A DNA stretch of 64,000 nucleotides, from assembly GCA_964016885.1 (NCBI GenBank), contig CAXHJY010000738.1, forward strand, positions 310,001-374,000, written 5' to 3'. Source of the stretch: Eledone cirrhosa (lineage: Eukaryota). Each line of letters starts with the position of its first letter. Within the stretch, counting starts at the first letter, position 1. Below, in pieces: positions 48,593 through 62,000 of the stretch. The position numbers and the translations under genes are program-made. The notes beneath the pieces were generated by a model. It did not search any database. It saw only the letters and a list, made by a program, of their open reading frames with translations, and had not been told where the DNA came from.

Positions 48593-51570
48593 GGTATATT
48601 ACAGTACAGTAGGTATATTACAGTACAGTAGGTATATTACAGTGCAGTAGGTATATTACAGTACAGTAGGTATATTACAGTACAGTAGGTATATTACAGA
48701 ACAGTAGGTATATTACAGTACAGTAGATATATTACACTACAGTAGATATATTACAGTACAGTAGATATATTACAGTACAGTAGATATATTACAGTACAGT
48801 AGGTATATTACAGTACAATAGATATATTACAGTACAGTAGGTATATTACAGTACAGTAGGTATATTACAGTACTGTAGGTATATTACAGTACAGTAGGTA
48901 TATTACAGTACAGTAGGTATATTACAGTACAGTAGATATATTACAGTACAGTAGGTATATTACAGTACAGTAGGTATATTACAGTACAGTAGGGATAATA
49001 CAGTACAGTAGTTATGTTACAGTACAGTAGGTATATTACAGTACAGTAGGTTTATTACAGTACAGTAGGTATATTACAGTACAGTAGACATATTACAGTA
49101 CAGTATGTATATTACAGTACAGTAGGTATATTACAGTACGGTAGGTATATTACAGTACAGTAGGTATATTACAGTACAGTAGGTATATTACAGTACAGTA
49201 GATATATTACAGTACAGTAGATATATTACAGTACAGTAGATATATTACAGTACAGTAGGTATATTACAGTACAATAGATATATTACAGTACAGTAGGTAT
49301 ATTATAGTACAGTAGGTATATTACAGTACAGTAGGTATATTACAGTACAGTAGGTATAATACAGTACAGTAGGTATATTACAGTACAGTAGGTATATTAC
49401 AGTACAGTAGGTATATTACAGTACAGTAGTTATATTACAGTACAGTAGGTATAATACAGTACAGTAGGTATATTACAGTACAGTAGGTATATTACAGTAC
49501 AGTAGGTATATTACAGTACAGTAGGTATATTACAGTACAGTAGGTATATTACAGTACAGTCTATATATTACAGTACACTAGGTATATTGCAGTACAGTAG
49601 GTATATTACAGTACAGTAGATATATTACAGTACAATAGGTATATTACAGTACAGTAGGTATATTACAGTACAGTAGATATATTACAGTACAGTAGGTATA
49701 ATACCATACAGTAGGTATATTACAGTACAGTAGGTATATTACAGTACAGTAGGTATAATACAGTACAGTAGATATATTACAGTACAGTAGGTATATTACA
49801 CTACAGTAGGTATATTACAGTACAGTAGGTATATTAAAGTACAGTAGGTATAATACAGTACAGTAGGTATATTACAGTACAGTAGGTATAGTACAGTACA
49901 GTAGGTATATTACAGTACAGTAGGTATATTACAGTACAGTAGGTATATTACACTACAGTAGGTATATTACAGTACAGTAGGTATATTAAAGTACAGTAGG
50001 TATAATACAGTACAGTAGGTATATTACAGTAGAGTAGGTATATTACAGTACAGTAGATATAATACAGTACAGTAGATATATTACAGTACAGTAGGTATAT
50101 TACAGTACAGTAGGTATATTACAGTACAGTAGATATAATACAGTACAGTAGGTATATTACAGTACAGTAGATAGATTACAGTACAGTAGATATATTACAG
50201 TACAGTAGTTATATTACAGTACAGTAGGTATATTACAGTACAGTAGATATATTACAGTACAGTAGGTATATTACAGTACAGTAGATATATTACAGTACAG
50301 TAGGTATATTTCAGTACAGTAGGTATATTACAGTACAGTAGGTATATTACAGTACAGTAGGTATATTACAGTACAGTAGATATATTACAGTACAGTAGGT
50401 ATAATACAGTACAGTAGGTATATTACTTTACAGTAGGTATATTACAGTACAGTAGTTATAATACAGTACAGTAGGTATATTACAGTACAGTAGTTATAAT
50501 ACAGTACAGTAGGTATATTACAGTACAGTAGGTATATTACAGTACAGTAGGTATATTACAGTACAGTAGGTATATTACAGTACAGTAGATATATTACAGT
50601 ACAGTAGGTATATTACAGTACAGTAGGTATATTACAGTACTGTAGATATATTACAGTACAGTAGGTATATTACAGTACAGTAGGTATATTACAGTACACT
50701 AGGTATATTACAGTACATTAGATATATTACAGTACAGTAGGTATAATACCATACAGTAGGTATATTACAGTACAGAAGGTATATTACAGTACAGTAGGTA
50801 TAATACAGTACAGTAGGTATATTACAGTACAGTAGGTATATTACAGTACAGTAGGTATATTACAGTGCAGTAGGTATATTACAGTACAGTAGGTATATTA
50901 CAGTACAGTAGGTATATTACAGAACAGTAGGTATATTACAGTACAGTAGATATATTACACTACAGTAGATATATTACAGTACAGTAGATATATTACAGTA
51001 CAGTAGATATATTACAGTACAGTAGGTATATTACAGTACAATAGATATATTACAGTACAGTAGGTATATTACAGTACAGTAGGTATATTACAGTACTGTA
51101 GGTATATTACAGTACAGTAGGTATATTACAGTACAGTAGGTATATTACAGTACAGTAGATATATTACAGTACAGTAGGTATATTACAGTACAGTAGGTAT
51201 ATTACAGTACAGTAGGGATAATACAGTACAGTAGATATGTTACAGTACAGTAGGTATATTACAGTACAGTAGGTTTATTACAGTACAGTAGGTATATTAC
51301 AGTACAGTAGACATATTACAGTACAGTATGTATATTACAGTACAGTAGGTATATTACAGTACGGTAGGTATATTACAGTACAGTAGGTATATTACAGTAC
51401 AGTAGGTATATTACAGTACAGTAGATATATTACAGTACAGTAGATATATTACAGTACAGTAGATATATTACAGTACAGTAGGTATATTACAGTACAATAG
51501 ATATATTACAGTACAGTAGGTATATTATAGTACAGTAGGTATATTACAGTACAGTAGGTATATTACAGTA
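47870..51570. repeat. Duplication at offset 2223 bp (117 monomers): ~47870-49350 and ~50090-51570
   Basis: GATATAATAC 47909/50132, TACTTTAC 48194/50417, ACAGAAC 48688/50911, GGTTTATT 49049/51272, TATAG 49296/51519. Confidence 0.88.
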
Positions 51571-54500
51571 CAGTAGGTATATTACAGTACAGTAGGTATA
51601 TTACACTACAGTAGGTATATTACAGTACAGTAGGTATATTAAAGTACAGTAGGTATAATACAGTACAGTAGGTATATTACAGTAGAGTAGGTATATTACA
51701 GTACAGTAGATATAATACAGTACAGTAGATATATTACAGTACAGTAGGTATATTACAGTACAGTAGGTATATTACAGTACAGTAGGTATATTACAGTACA
51801 GTAGGTATATTACAGTACAGTAGGTATATTACAGTACAGTAGATAGATTACAGTATAGTAGATATATTACAGTACAGTAGGTATATTACAGTACAGTAGG
51901 TATATTACAGTAGAGTAGACATATTACAGTACAGTATGTATATTACAGTACAGTAGATATATTACAGTACAGTAGGTATATTACAGTACAATAGATATAT
52001 TACAGTACAGTAGGTATATTATAGTACAGTAGGTATATTACAGTACAGTAGGTATATTACAGTACAGTAGGTATAATACAGTACAGTAGGTATATTACAG
52101 TACAGTAGGTATATTACAGTACAGTAGGTATATTACAGTACAGTAGTTATATTACAGTACAGTAGGTATAATACAGTACAGTAGGTATATTACAGTACAG
52201 TAGATATATTACACTACAGTAGATATATTACAGTACAGTAGATATATTACAGTACAGTAGATATATTACAGTACAGTAGGTATATTACAGTACAATAGAT
52301 ATATTACAGTACAGTAGGTATATTACAGTACAGTAGGTATATTACAGTACTGTAGGTATATTACAGTACAGTAGGTATATTACAGTACAGTAGGTATATT
52401 ACAGTACAGTAGATATATTACAGTACAGTAGGTATATTACAGTACAGTAGGTATATTACAGTACAGTAGGGATAATACAGTACAGTAGATATGTTACAGT
52501 ACAGTAGGTATATTACAGTACAGTAGGTTTATTACAGTACAGTAGGTATATTACAGTACAGTAGACATATTACAGTACAGTATGTATATTACAGTACAGT
52601 AGGTATATTACAGTACAGTAGGTATATTACAGTACAGTAGGTATATTACAGTACGGTAGGTATATTACACTACAGTAGGTATATTACAGTACAGTAGGTA
52701 TATTACAGTACAGTAGATATATTACAGTACAGTAGATATATTACAGTACAGTAGATATATTACAGTACAATAGGTATATTACAGTACAATAGATATATTA
52801 CAGTACAGTAGGTATATTATAGTACAGTAGGTATATTACAGTACAGTAGGTATATTACAGTACAGTAGGTATAATACAGTACAGTAGGTATATTACAGTA
52901 CAGTAGGTATATTACAGTACAGTAGGTATATTACAGTACAGTAGTTATATTACAGTACAGTAGGTATAATACAGTACAGTAGGTATATTACAGTACAGTA
53001 GGTATATTACAGTACAGTAGGTATATTACAGTACAGTAGGTATATTACAGTACAGTAGGTATATTACAGTACAGTATATATATTACAGTACACTAGGTAT
53101 ATTGCAGTACAGTAGGTATATTACAGTACAGTAGATATATTACAGTACAATAGGTATATTACAGTACAGTAGGTATATTACAGTACAGTAGATATATTAC
53201 AGTACAGTAGGTATAATACCATACAGTAGGTATATTACAGTACAGTAGGTATATTACAGTACAGTAGGTATAATACAGTACAGTAGATATATTACAGTAC
53301 AGTAGGTATATTACACTACAGTAGGTATATTACAGTACAGTAGGTATATTAAAGTACAGTAGGTATAATACAGTACAGTAGGTATATTACAGTACAGTAG
53401 GTATAGTACAGTACAGTAGGTATATTACAGTACAGTAGGTATATTACAGTACAGTAGGTATATTACACTACAGTAGGTATATTACAGTACAGTAGGTATA
53501 TTAAAGTACAGTAGGTATAATACAGTACAGTAGGTATATTACAGTAGAGTAGGTATATTACAGTACAGTAGATATAATACAGTACAGTAGATATATTACA
53601 GTACAGTAGGTATATTACAGTACAGTAGGTATATTACAGTACAGTAGGTATATTACAGTACAGTAGATATATTACAGTACAGTAGGTATATTACAGTACA
53701 GTAGATAGATTACAGTACAGTAGATATATTACAGTACAGTAGGTATATTACAGTACAGTAGGTATATTACAGTACAGTAGGGATAATACAGTACAGTAGA
53801 TATGTTACAGTACAGTAGGTATATTACAGTACAGTAGGTTTATTACAGTACAGTAGGTATATTACAGTACAGTAGACATATTACAGTACAGTATGTATAT
53901 TACAGTACAGTAGGTATATTACAGTACGGTAGGTATATTACAGTACAGTAGGTATATTACAGTACAGTAGGTATATTACAGTACAGTAGATATATTACAG
54001 TACAGTAGATATATTACAGTACAGTAGATATATTACAGTACAGTAGGTATATTACAGTACAATAGATATATTACAGTACAGTAGGTATATTATAGTACAG
54101 TAGGTATATTACAGTACAGTAGGTATATTACAGTACAGTAGGTATAATACAGTACAGTAGGTATATTACAGTACAGTAGGTATATTACAGTACAGTATGT
54201 ATATTACAGTACAGTAATTATATTACAGTACAGTAGGTATAATACAGTACAGTAGGTATATTACAGTACAGTAGGTATATTACAGTACAGTAGGTATATT
54301 ACAGTACAGTAGGTATATTACAGTACAGTAGGTATATTACAGTACAGTATATATATTACAGTACACTAGGTATATTGCAGTACAGTAGGTATATTACAGT
54401 ACAGTAGATATATTACAGTACAATAGGTATATTACAGTACAGTAGGTATATTACAGTACAGTAGATATATTACAGTACAGTAGGTATAATACCATACAGT

Positions 54501-56915
54501 AGGTATATTACAGTACAGTAGGTATATTACAGTACAGTAGGTATAATACAGTACAGTAGATATATTACAGTACAGTAGGTATATTACACTACAGTAGGTA
54601 TATTACAGTACAGTAGGTATATTAAAGTACAGTAGGTATAATACAGTACAGTAGGTATATTACAGTATAGTAGGTATAGTACAGTACAGTAGGTATATTA
54701 CAGTACAGTAGGTATATTACAGTACAGTAGGTATATTACACTACAGTAGGTATATTACAGTACAGTAGGTATATTAAAGTACAGTAGGTATAATACAGTA
54801 CAGTAGGTATATTACAGTAGAGTAGGTATATTACAGTATAGTAGATATAATACAGTACAGTAGATATATTACAGTACAGTAGGTATATTACAGTACAGTA
54901 GGTATATTACAGTACAGTAGGTATATTACAGTACAGTAGGTATATTACAGTACAGTAGGTATATTACAGTACAGTAGACAGATTACAGTACAGTAGATAT
55001 ATTACAGTACAGTAGGTATATTACAGTACAGTAGGTATATTACAGTACAGTAGACATATTACAGTACAGTATGTATATTACAGTACAGTAGATATATTAC
55101 AGTACAGTAGGTATATTACAGTACAATAGATATATCACAGTACAGTAGGTATATTATAGTACAGTAGGTATATTACAGTACAGTAGGTATATTACAGTAC
55201 AGTAGGTATAATACAGTACAGTAGGTATATTACAGTACAGTAGGTATATTACAGTACAGTAGGTATATTACAGTACAGTAGTTATATTACAGTACAGTAG
55301 GTATAATACAGTACAGTAGGTATATTACAGTACAGTAGATATATTACACTACAGTAGATATATTACAGTACAGTAGATATATTACAGTACAGTAGATATA
55401 TTACAGTACAGTAGGTATATTACAGTACAATAGATATATTACAGTACAGTAGGTATATTACAGTACAGTAGGTATATTACAGTACTGTAGGTATATTACA
55501 GTACAGTAGGTATATTACAGTACAGTAGGTATATTACAGTACAGTAGATATATTACAGTACAGTAGGTATATTACAGTACAGTAGGTATATTACAGTACA
55601 GTAGGGATAATACAGTACAGTAGATATGTTACAGTACAGTAGGTATATTACAGTACAGTAGGTTTATTACAGTACAGTAGGTATATTACAGTACAGTAGA
55701 CATATTACAGTACAGTATGTATATTACAGTACAGTAGGTATATTACAGTACAGTAGGTATATTACAGTACAGTAGGTATATTACAGTACGGTAGGTATAT
55801 TACACTACAGTAGGTATATTACAGTACAGTAGGTATATTACAGTACAGTAGATATATTACAGTACAGTAGATATATTACAGTACAGTAGATATATTACAG
55901 TACAGTAGGTATATTACAGTACAATAGATATATTACAGTACAGTAGGTATATTATAGTACAGTAGGTATATTACAGTACAGTAGGTATATTACAGTACAG
56001 TAGGTATAATACAGTACAGTAGGTATATTACAGTACAGTAGGTATATTACAGTACAGTAGGTATATTACAGTACAGTAGTTATATTACAGTACAGTAGGT
56101 ATAATACAGTACAGTAGGTATATTACAGTACAGTAGGTATATTACAGTACAGTAGGTATATTACAGTACAGTAGGTATATTACAGTACAGTAGGTATATT
56201 ACAGTACAGTATATATATTACAGTACACTAGGTATATTGCAGTACAGTAGGTATATTACAGTACAGTAGATATATTACAGTACAATAGGTATATTACAGT
56301 ACAGTAGGTATATTACAGTACAGTAGATATATTACAGTACAGTAAGTATAATACCATACAGTAGGTATATTACAGTACAGTAGGTATATTACAGTACAGT
56401 AGGTATAATACAGTACAGTAGATATATTACAGTACAGTAGGTATATTACACTACAGTAGGTATATTACAGTACAGTAGGTATATTAAAGTACAGTAGGTA
56501 TAATACAGTACAGTAGGTATATTACAGTACAGTAGGTATAGTACAGTACAGTAGGTATATTACAGTACAGTAGGTATATTACAGTACAGTAGGTATATTA
56601 CACTACAGTAGGTATATTACAGTACAGTAGGTATATTAAAGTACAGTAGGTATAATACAGTACAGTAGGTATATTACAGTAGAGTAGGTATATTACAGTA
56701 CAGTAGATATAATACAGTACAGTAGATATATTACAGTACAGTAGGTATATTACAGTACAGTAGGTATATTACAGTACAGTAGGTATATTACAGTACAGTA
56801 GGTATATTACAGTACAGTAGGTATATTACAGTACAGTAGATAGATTACAGTACAGTAGATATATTACAGTACAGTAGGTATATTACAGTACAGTAGGTAT
56901 ATTACAGTACAGTAG
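51560..56915. repeat. Duplication at offset 3135 bp (165 monomers): ~51560-53780 and ~54695-56915
   Basis: CACTAC 51595/54730, GGTTTATT 52526/55661, GTACGGTA followed by CACTAC 52640/55775, CCATAC 53210/56345, GATAGATT 53704/56839. Confidence 0.88.
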
Positions 56916-57969
56916 ACATATTACAGTACAGTATGTATATTACAGTACAGTAGATATATTACAGTACAGTAGGTATATTACAGTACAATAGATATATTAC
57001 AGTACAGTAGGTATATTATAGTACAGTAGGTATATTACAGTACAGTAGGTATATTACAGTACAGTAGGTATAATACAGTACAGTAGGTATATTACAGTAC
57101 AGTAGGTATATTACAGTACAGTAGGTATATTACAGTACAGTAGTTATATTACAGTACAGTAGGTATAATACAGTACAGTAGGTATATTACAGTACAGTAG
57201 GTATATTACAGTACAGTAGGTATATTACAGTACAGTAGGTATATTACAGTACAGTAGGTATATTACAGTACAGTATATATATTACAGTACACTAGGTATA
57301 TTGCAGTACAGTAGGTATATTACAGTACAGTAGATATATTACAGTACAATAGGTATATTACAGTACAGTAGGTATATTACAGTACAGTAGATATATTACA
57401 GTACAGTAGGTATAATACCATACAGTAGGTATATTACAGTACAGTAGGTATATTACAGTACAGTAGGTATAATACAGTACAGTAGATATATTACAGTACA
57501 GTAGGTATATTACACTACAGTAGGTATATTACAGTACAGTAGGTATATTAAAGTACAGTAGGTATAATACAGTACAGTAGGTATATTACAGTACAGTAGG
57601 TATAGTACAGTACAGTAGGTATATTACAGTACAGTAGGTATATTACAGTACAGTAGGTATATTACACTACAGTAGGTATATTACAGTACAGTAGGTATAT
57701 TAAAGTACAGTAGGTATAATACAGTACAGTAGGTATATTACAGTAGAGTAGGTATATTACAGTACAGTAGACATAATACAGTACAGTAGATATATTACAG
57801 TACAGTAGGTATATTACAGTACAGTAGGTATATTACAGTACAGTAGGTATATTACAGTACAGTAGGTATATTACAGTACAGTAGGTATATTACAGTACAG
57901 TAGATAGATTACAGTACAGTAGATATATTACAGTACAGTAGGTATATTACAGTACAGTAGGTATATTAC

Positions 57970-60900
57970 AGTACAGTAGACATATTACAGTACAGTATGT
58001 ATATTACAGTACAGTAGGTATATTACAGTACAGTAGGTATATTACAGTACAGTAGGTATATTACAGTACAGTAGATAGATTACAGAACAGTAGATATATT
58101 ACAGTACAGTAGGTATATTACAGTACAGTAGGTATATTACAGTACAGTAGACATATTACCGTACAGTATGTATATTACAGTACAGTAGGTATAATACAGT
58201 ACAGTAGGTATATTACAGTACAGTAGGTATATTACAGTACAGTAGGTATATTACAGTACAGTAGTTATATTACAGTACAGTAGGTATAATACAGTACAGT
58301 AGGTATATTACAGTACAGTAGGTATATTACAGTACAGTAGGTATATTACAGTACAGTAGGTATATTACAGTACAGTATATATATTACAGTACACTAGTTA
58401 TATTACAGTACAGTAGGTATATTACAGTACAGTAGATATATTACAGTACAATAGGTATATTACAGTACAGTAGGTATATTACAGTACAGTAGATATATTA
58501 CAGTACAGTAGGTATAATACCATACAGTAGGTATATTACAGTACAGTAGGTATATTACAGTACAGTAGGTATAATACAGTACAGTAGATATATTACAGTA
58601 CAGTAGGTATATTACACTACAGTAGGTATATTACAGTACAGTAGGTATATTAAAGTACAGTAGGTATAATACAGTACAGTAGGTATATTACAGTACAGTA
58701 GGTATATTACAGTACAGTAGGTATATTACAGTACAGTAGGTATATTACAGTACAGTAGGTATATTACAGTACAGTAGGTATATTACACTACAGTAGGTAT
58801 ATTACAGTACAGTAGGTATATTAAAGTACAGTAGGTATAATACAGTACAGTAGGTATATTACAGTAGAGTAGATATAATACAGTACAGTAGATATATTAC
58901 AGTACAGTAGGTATATTACAGTACAGTAGGTATATTACAGTACAGTAGGTATATTACAGTACAGTAGGTATATTACAGTACAGTAGGTATATTACAGTAC
59001 AGTAGATAGATTACAGTACAGTAGATATATTACAGTACAGTAGGTATATTACAGTACAGTAGGTATATTACTGTACAGTAGATATATTACAGTACAGTAG
59101 GTATATTACAGTACAGTAGATATATTACAGTACAGTAGATATATTACAGTACAGTAGGTATATTACAGTACAGTAGGTATATTACAGTACATTAGGTATA
59201 TTACAGTACAGTAGGTATAATACAGTACAGTAGATATATTACAGTACAGTAGGTATATTACAGTACAGTAGGTATATTACAGTACAGTAGATATATTACA
59301 GTACAGTAGGTATAATACAGTAAACTAGGTATATTACAGTACAGTAGGTATATTACAGTACAGTAGGTATAATACAGTACAGTAGGTATATTACAGTACA
59401 GTAGGTATATTACAGTACAGTAGGTATGTTACAGTACAGTAGGTATATTACAGTACAGTAGGTATATTACAGTACAGTAGGTATATTACAGTACAGTAGG
59501 TATATTACAGTACAGTAGGTATATTACAGTACAGTAGGTATAATACAGTACAGTAGGTATATTACAGTACAGTAGGTATATTACAGTACAGTAGGTATAT
59601 TACAGTACAGTAGGTATATTACAGTACAGTAGGTATATTACAGTACAGTAGATATATTACAGTACAGTAGGTATATTACAGTACAGTATGTATATTACAG
59701 TACAGTAGGTATAATACAGTACAGTAGGTATATTACAGTACAGAAGGTATATTACAGTACAGTAGGTATATTACAGTACAGTAGGTATATTACAGTACAG
59801 TAGATATATTACAGTACAGTAGGTATATTACACTACAGTAGGTATATTACAGTACAGTAGATATATTACAGTACAGTAGGTATATTACAGTACAGTAGTT
59901 ATATTACAGTACAGTAGGGATAATACAGTACAGTAGATATGTTACAGTTCAGTAGGTATATTACAGTACAGTAGGTATATTACAGTACAGTAGGTATATT
60001 ACAGTACAGTAGGTATATTACAGTACAGTAGACATATTACAGTACAGTATGTATATTACAGTACAGTAGGTATATTACAGTACAGTAGGTATATTACAGT
60101 ACAGTAGGTATATTACAGTACAGTAGGTATATTACAGTACAGTAGACATATTACAGTACAGTATGTATATTACAGTACAGTAGGTATATTACAGTACAGT
60201 AGGTATATTACAGTACAGTAGGTATATTACAGTACAGTAGATAGATTACAGAACAGTAGATATATTACAGTACATTAGGTATATTACAGTACAGTAGGTA
60301 TATTACAGTACAGTAGACATATTACCGTACAGTATGTATATTACAGTACAGTAGGTATAATACAGTACAGTAGGTATATTACAGTACAGTAGGTATATTA
60401 CAGTACAGTAGGTATATTACAGTACAGTAGTTATATTACAGTACAGTAGGTATAATACAGTACAGTAGGTATATTACAGTACAGTAGGTATATTACAGTA
60501 CACTAGGTATATTACAGTACAGTAGGTATATTACAGTACAGTATATATATTACAGTACACTAGTTATATTACAGTACAGTAGGTATATTACAGTACAGTA
60601 GATATATTACAGTACAATAGGTATATTACAGTACAGTAGGTATATTACAGTACAGTAGATATATTACAGTACAGTAGGTATAATACCATACAGTAGGTAT
60701 ATTACAGTACAGTAGGTATATTACAGTACAGTAGGTATAATACAGTACAGTAGATATATTACAGTACAGTAGGTATATTACACTACAGTAGGTATATTAC
60801 AGTACAGTAGGTATATTAAAGTACAGTAGGTATAATACAGTACACTAGGTATATTACAGTACAGTAGGTATATTACAGTACAGTAGGTATATTACAGTAC

Positions 60901-62000
60901 AGTAGGTATATTACAGTACAGTAGGTATATTACACTACAGTAGGTATATTACAGTACAGTAGGTATATTAAAGTACAGTAGGTATAATACAGTACAGTAG
61001 GTATATTACAGTAGAGTAGGTATATTACAGTACAGTAGATATAATACAGTACAGTAGATATATTACAGTACAGTAGGTATATTACAGTACAGTAGGTATG
61101 TTACAGTACAGTAGGTATATTACAGTACAGTAGGTATATTACAGTACAGTAGGTATATTACAGTACAGTAGATATATTACAGTACAGTAGGTATAATACA
61201 GTAAACTAGGTATATTACAGTACAGTAGGTATATTACAGTACAGTAGGTATAATACAGTACAGTAGGTATATTACAGTACAGTAGGTATATTACAGTACA
61301 GTAGGTATGTTACAGTACAGTAGGTATATTACAGTACAGTAGGTATATTACAGTACAGTAGGTATATTACAGTACAGTAGGTATATTACAGTACAGTAGG
61401 TATAATACAGTACAGTAGGTATATTACAGTACAGTAGGTATATTACAGTACAGTAGGTATATTACAGTACAGTAGGTATATTACAGTACAGTAGGTATAT
61501 TACAGTACAGTAGGTATATTACAGTACAGTAGGTATATTACAGTACAGTATGTATATTACAGTACAGTAGGTATAATACAGTACAGTAGGTATATTACAG
61601 TACAGAAGGTATATCACAGTACAGTAGGTATATTACAGTACAGTAGGTATATTACAGTACAGTAGATATATTACAGTACAGTAGGTATATTACACTACAG
61701 TAGGTATATTACAGTACAGTAGATATATTACAGTACAGTAGGTATATTACAGTACAGTAGTTATATTACAGTACAGTAGGGATAATACAGTACAGTAGAT
61801 ATGTTACAGTTCAGTAGGTATATTACAGTACAGTAGGTATATTACAGTACAGTAGGTATATTACAGTACAGTAGGTATATTACAGTACAGTAGACATATT
61901 ACAGTACAGTATGTATATTACAGTACAGTAGGTATATTACAGTACAGTAGGTATATTACAGTACAGTAGGTATATTACAGTACAGTAGATATATTACAGT
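57970..62000. repeat. Tandem duplication, offset 2166 bp falling to ~1870 bp after an internal length difference of about 15-16 monomers
   Basis: Offset 2166 for GATAGATTACAGAAC 58074/60240, GACATATTACCG 58150/60316 and CCATAC 58511/60677. Offset 1881 for TAAACTA 59309/61190 and 1862 for GTTCAG 59936/61798. Confidence 0.85.
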
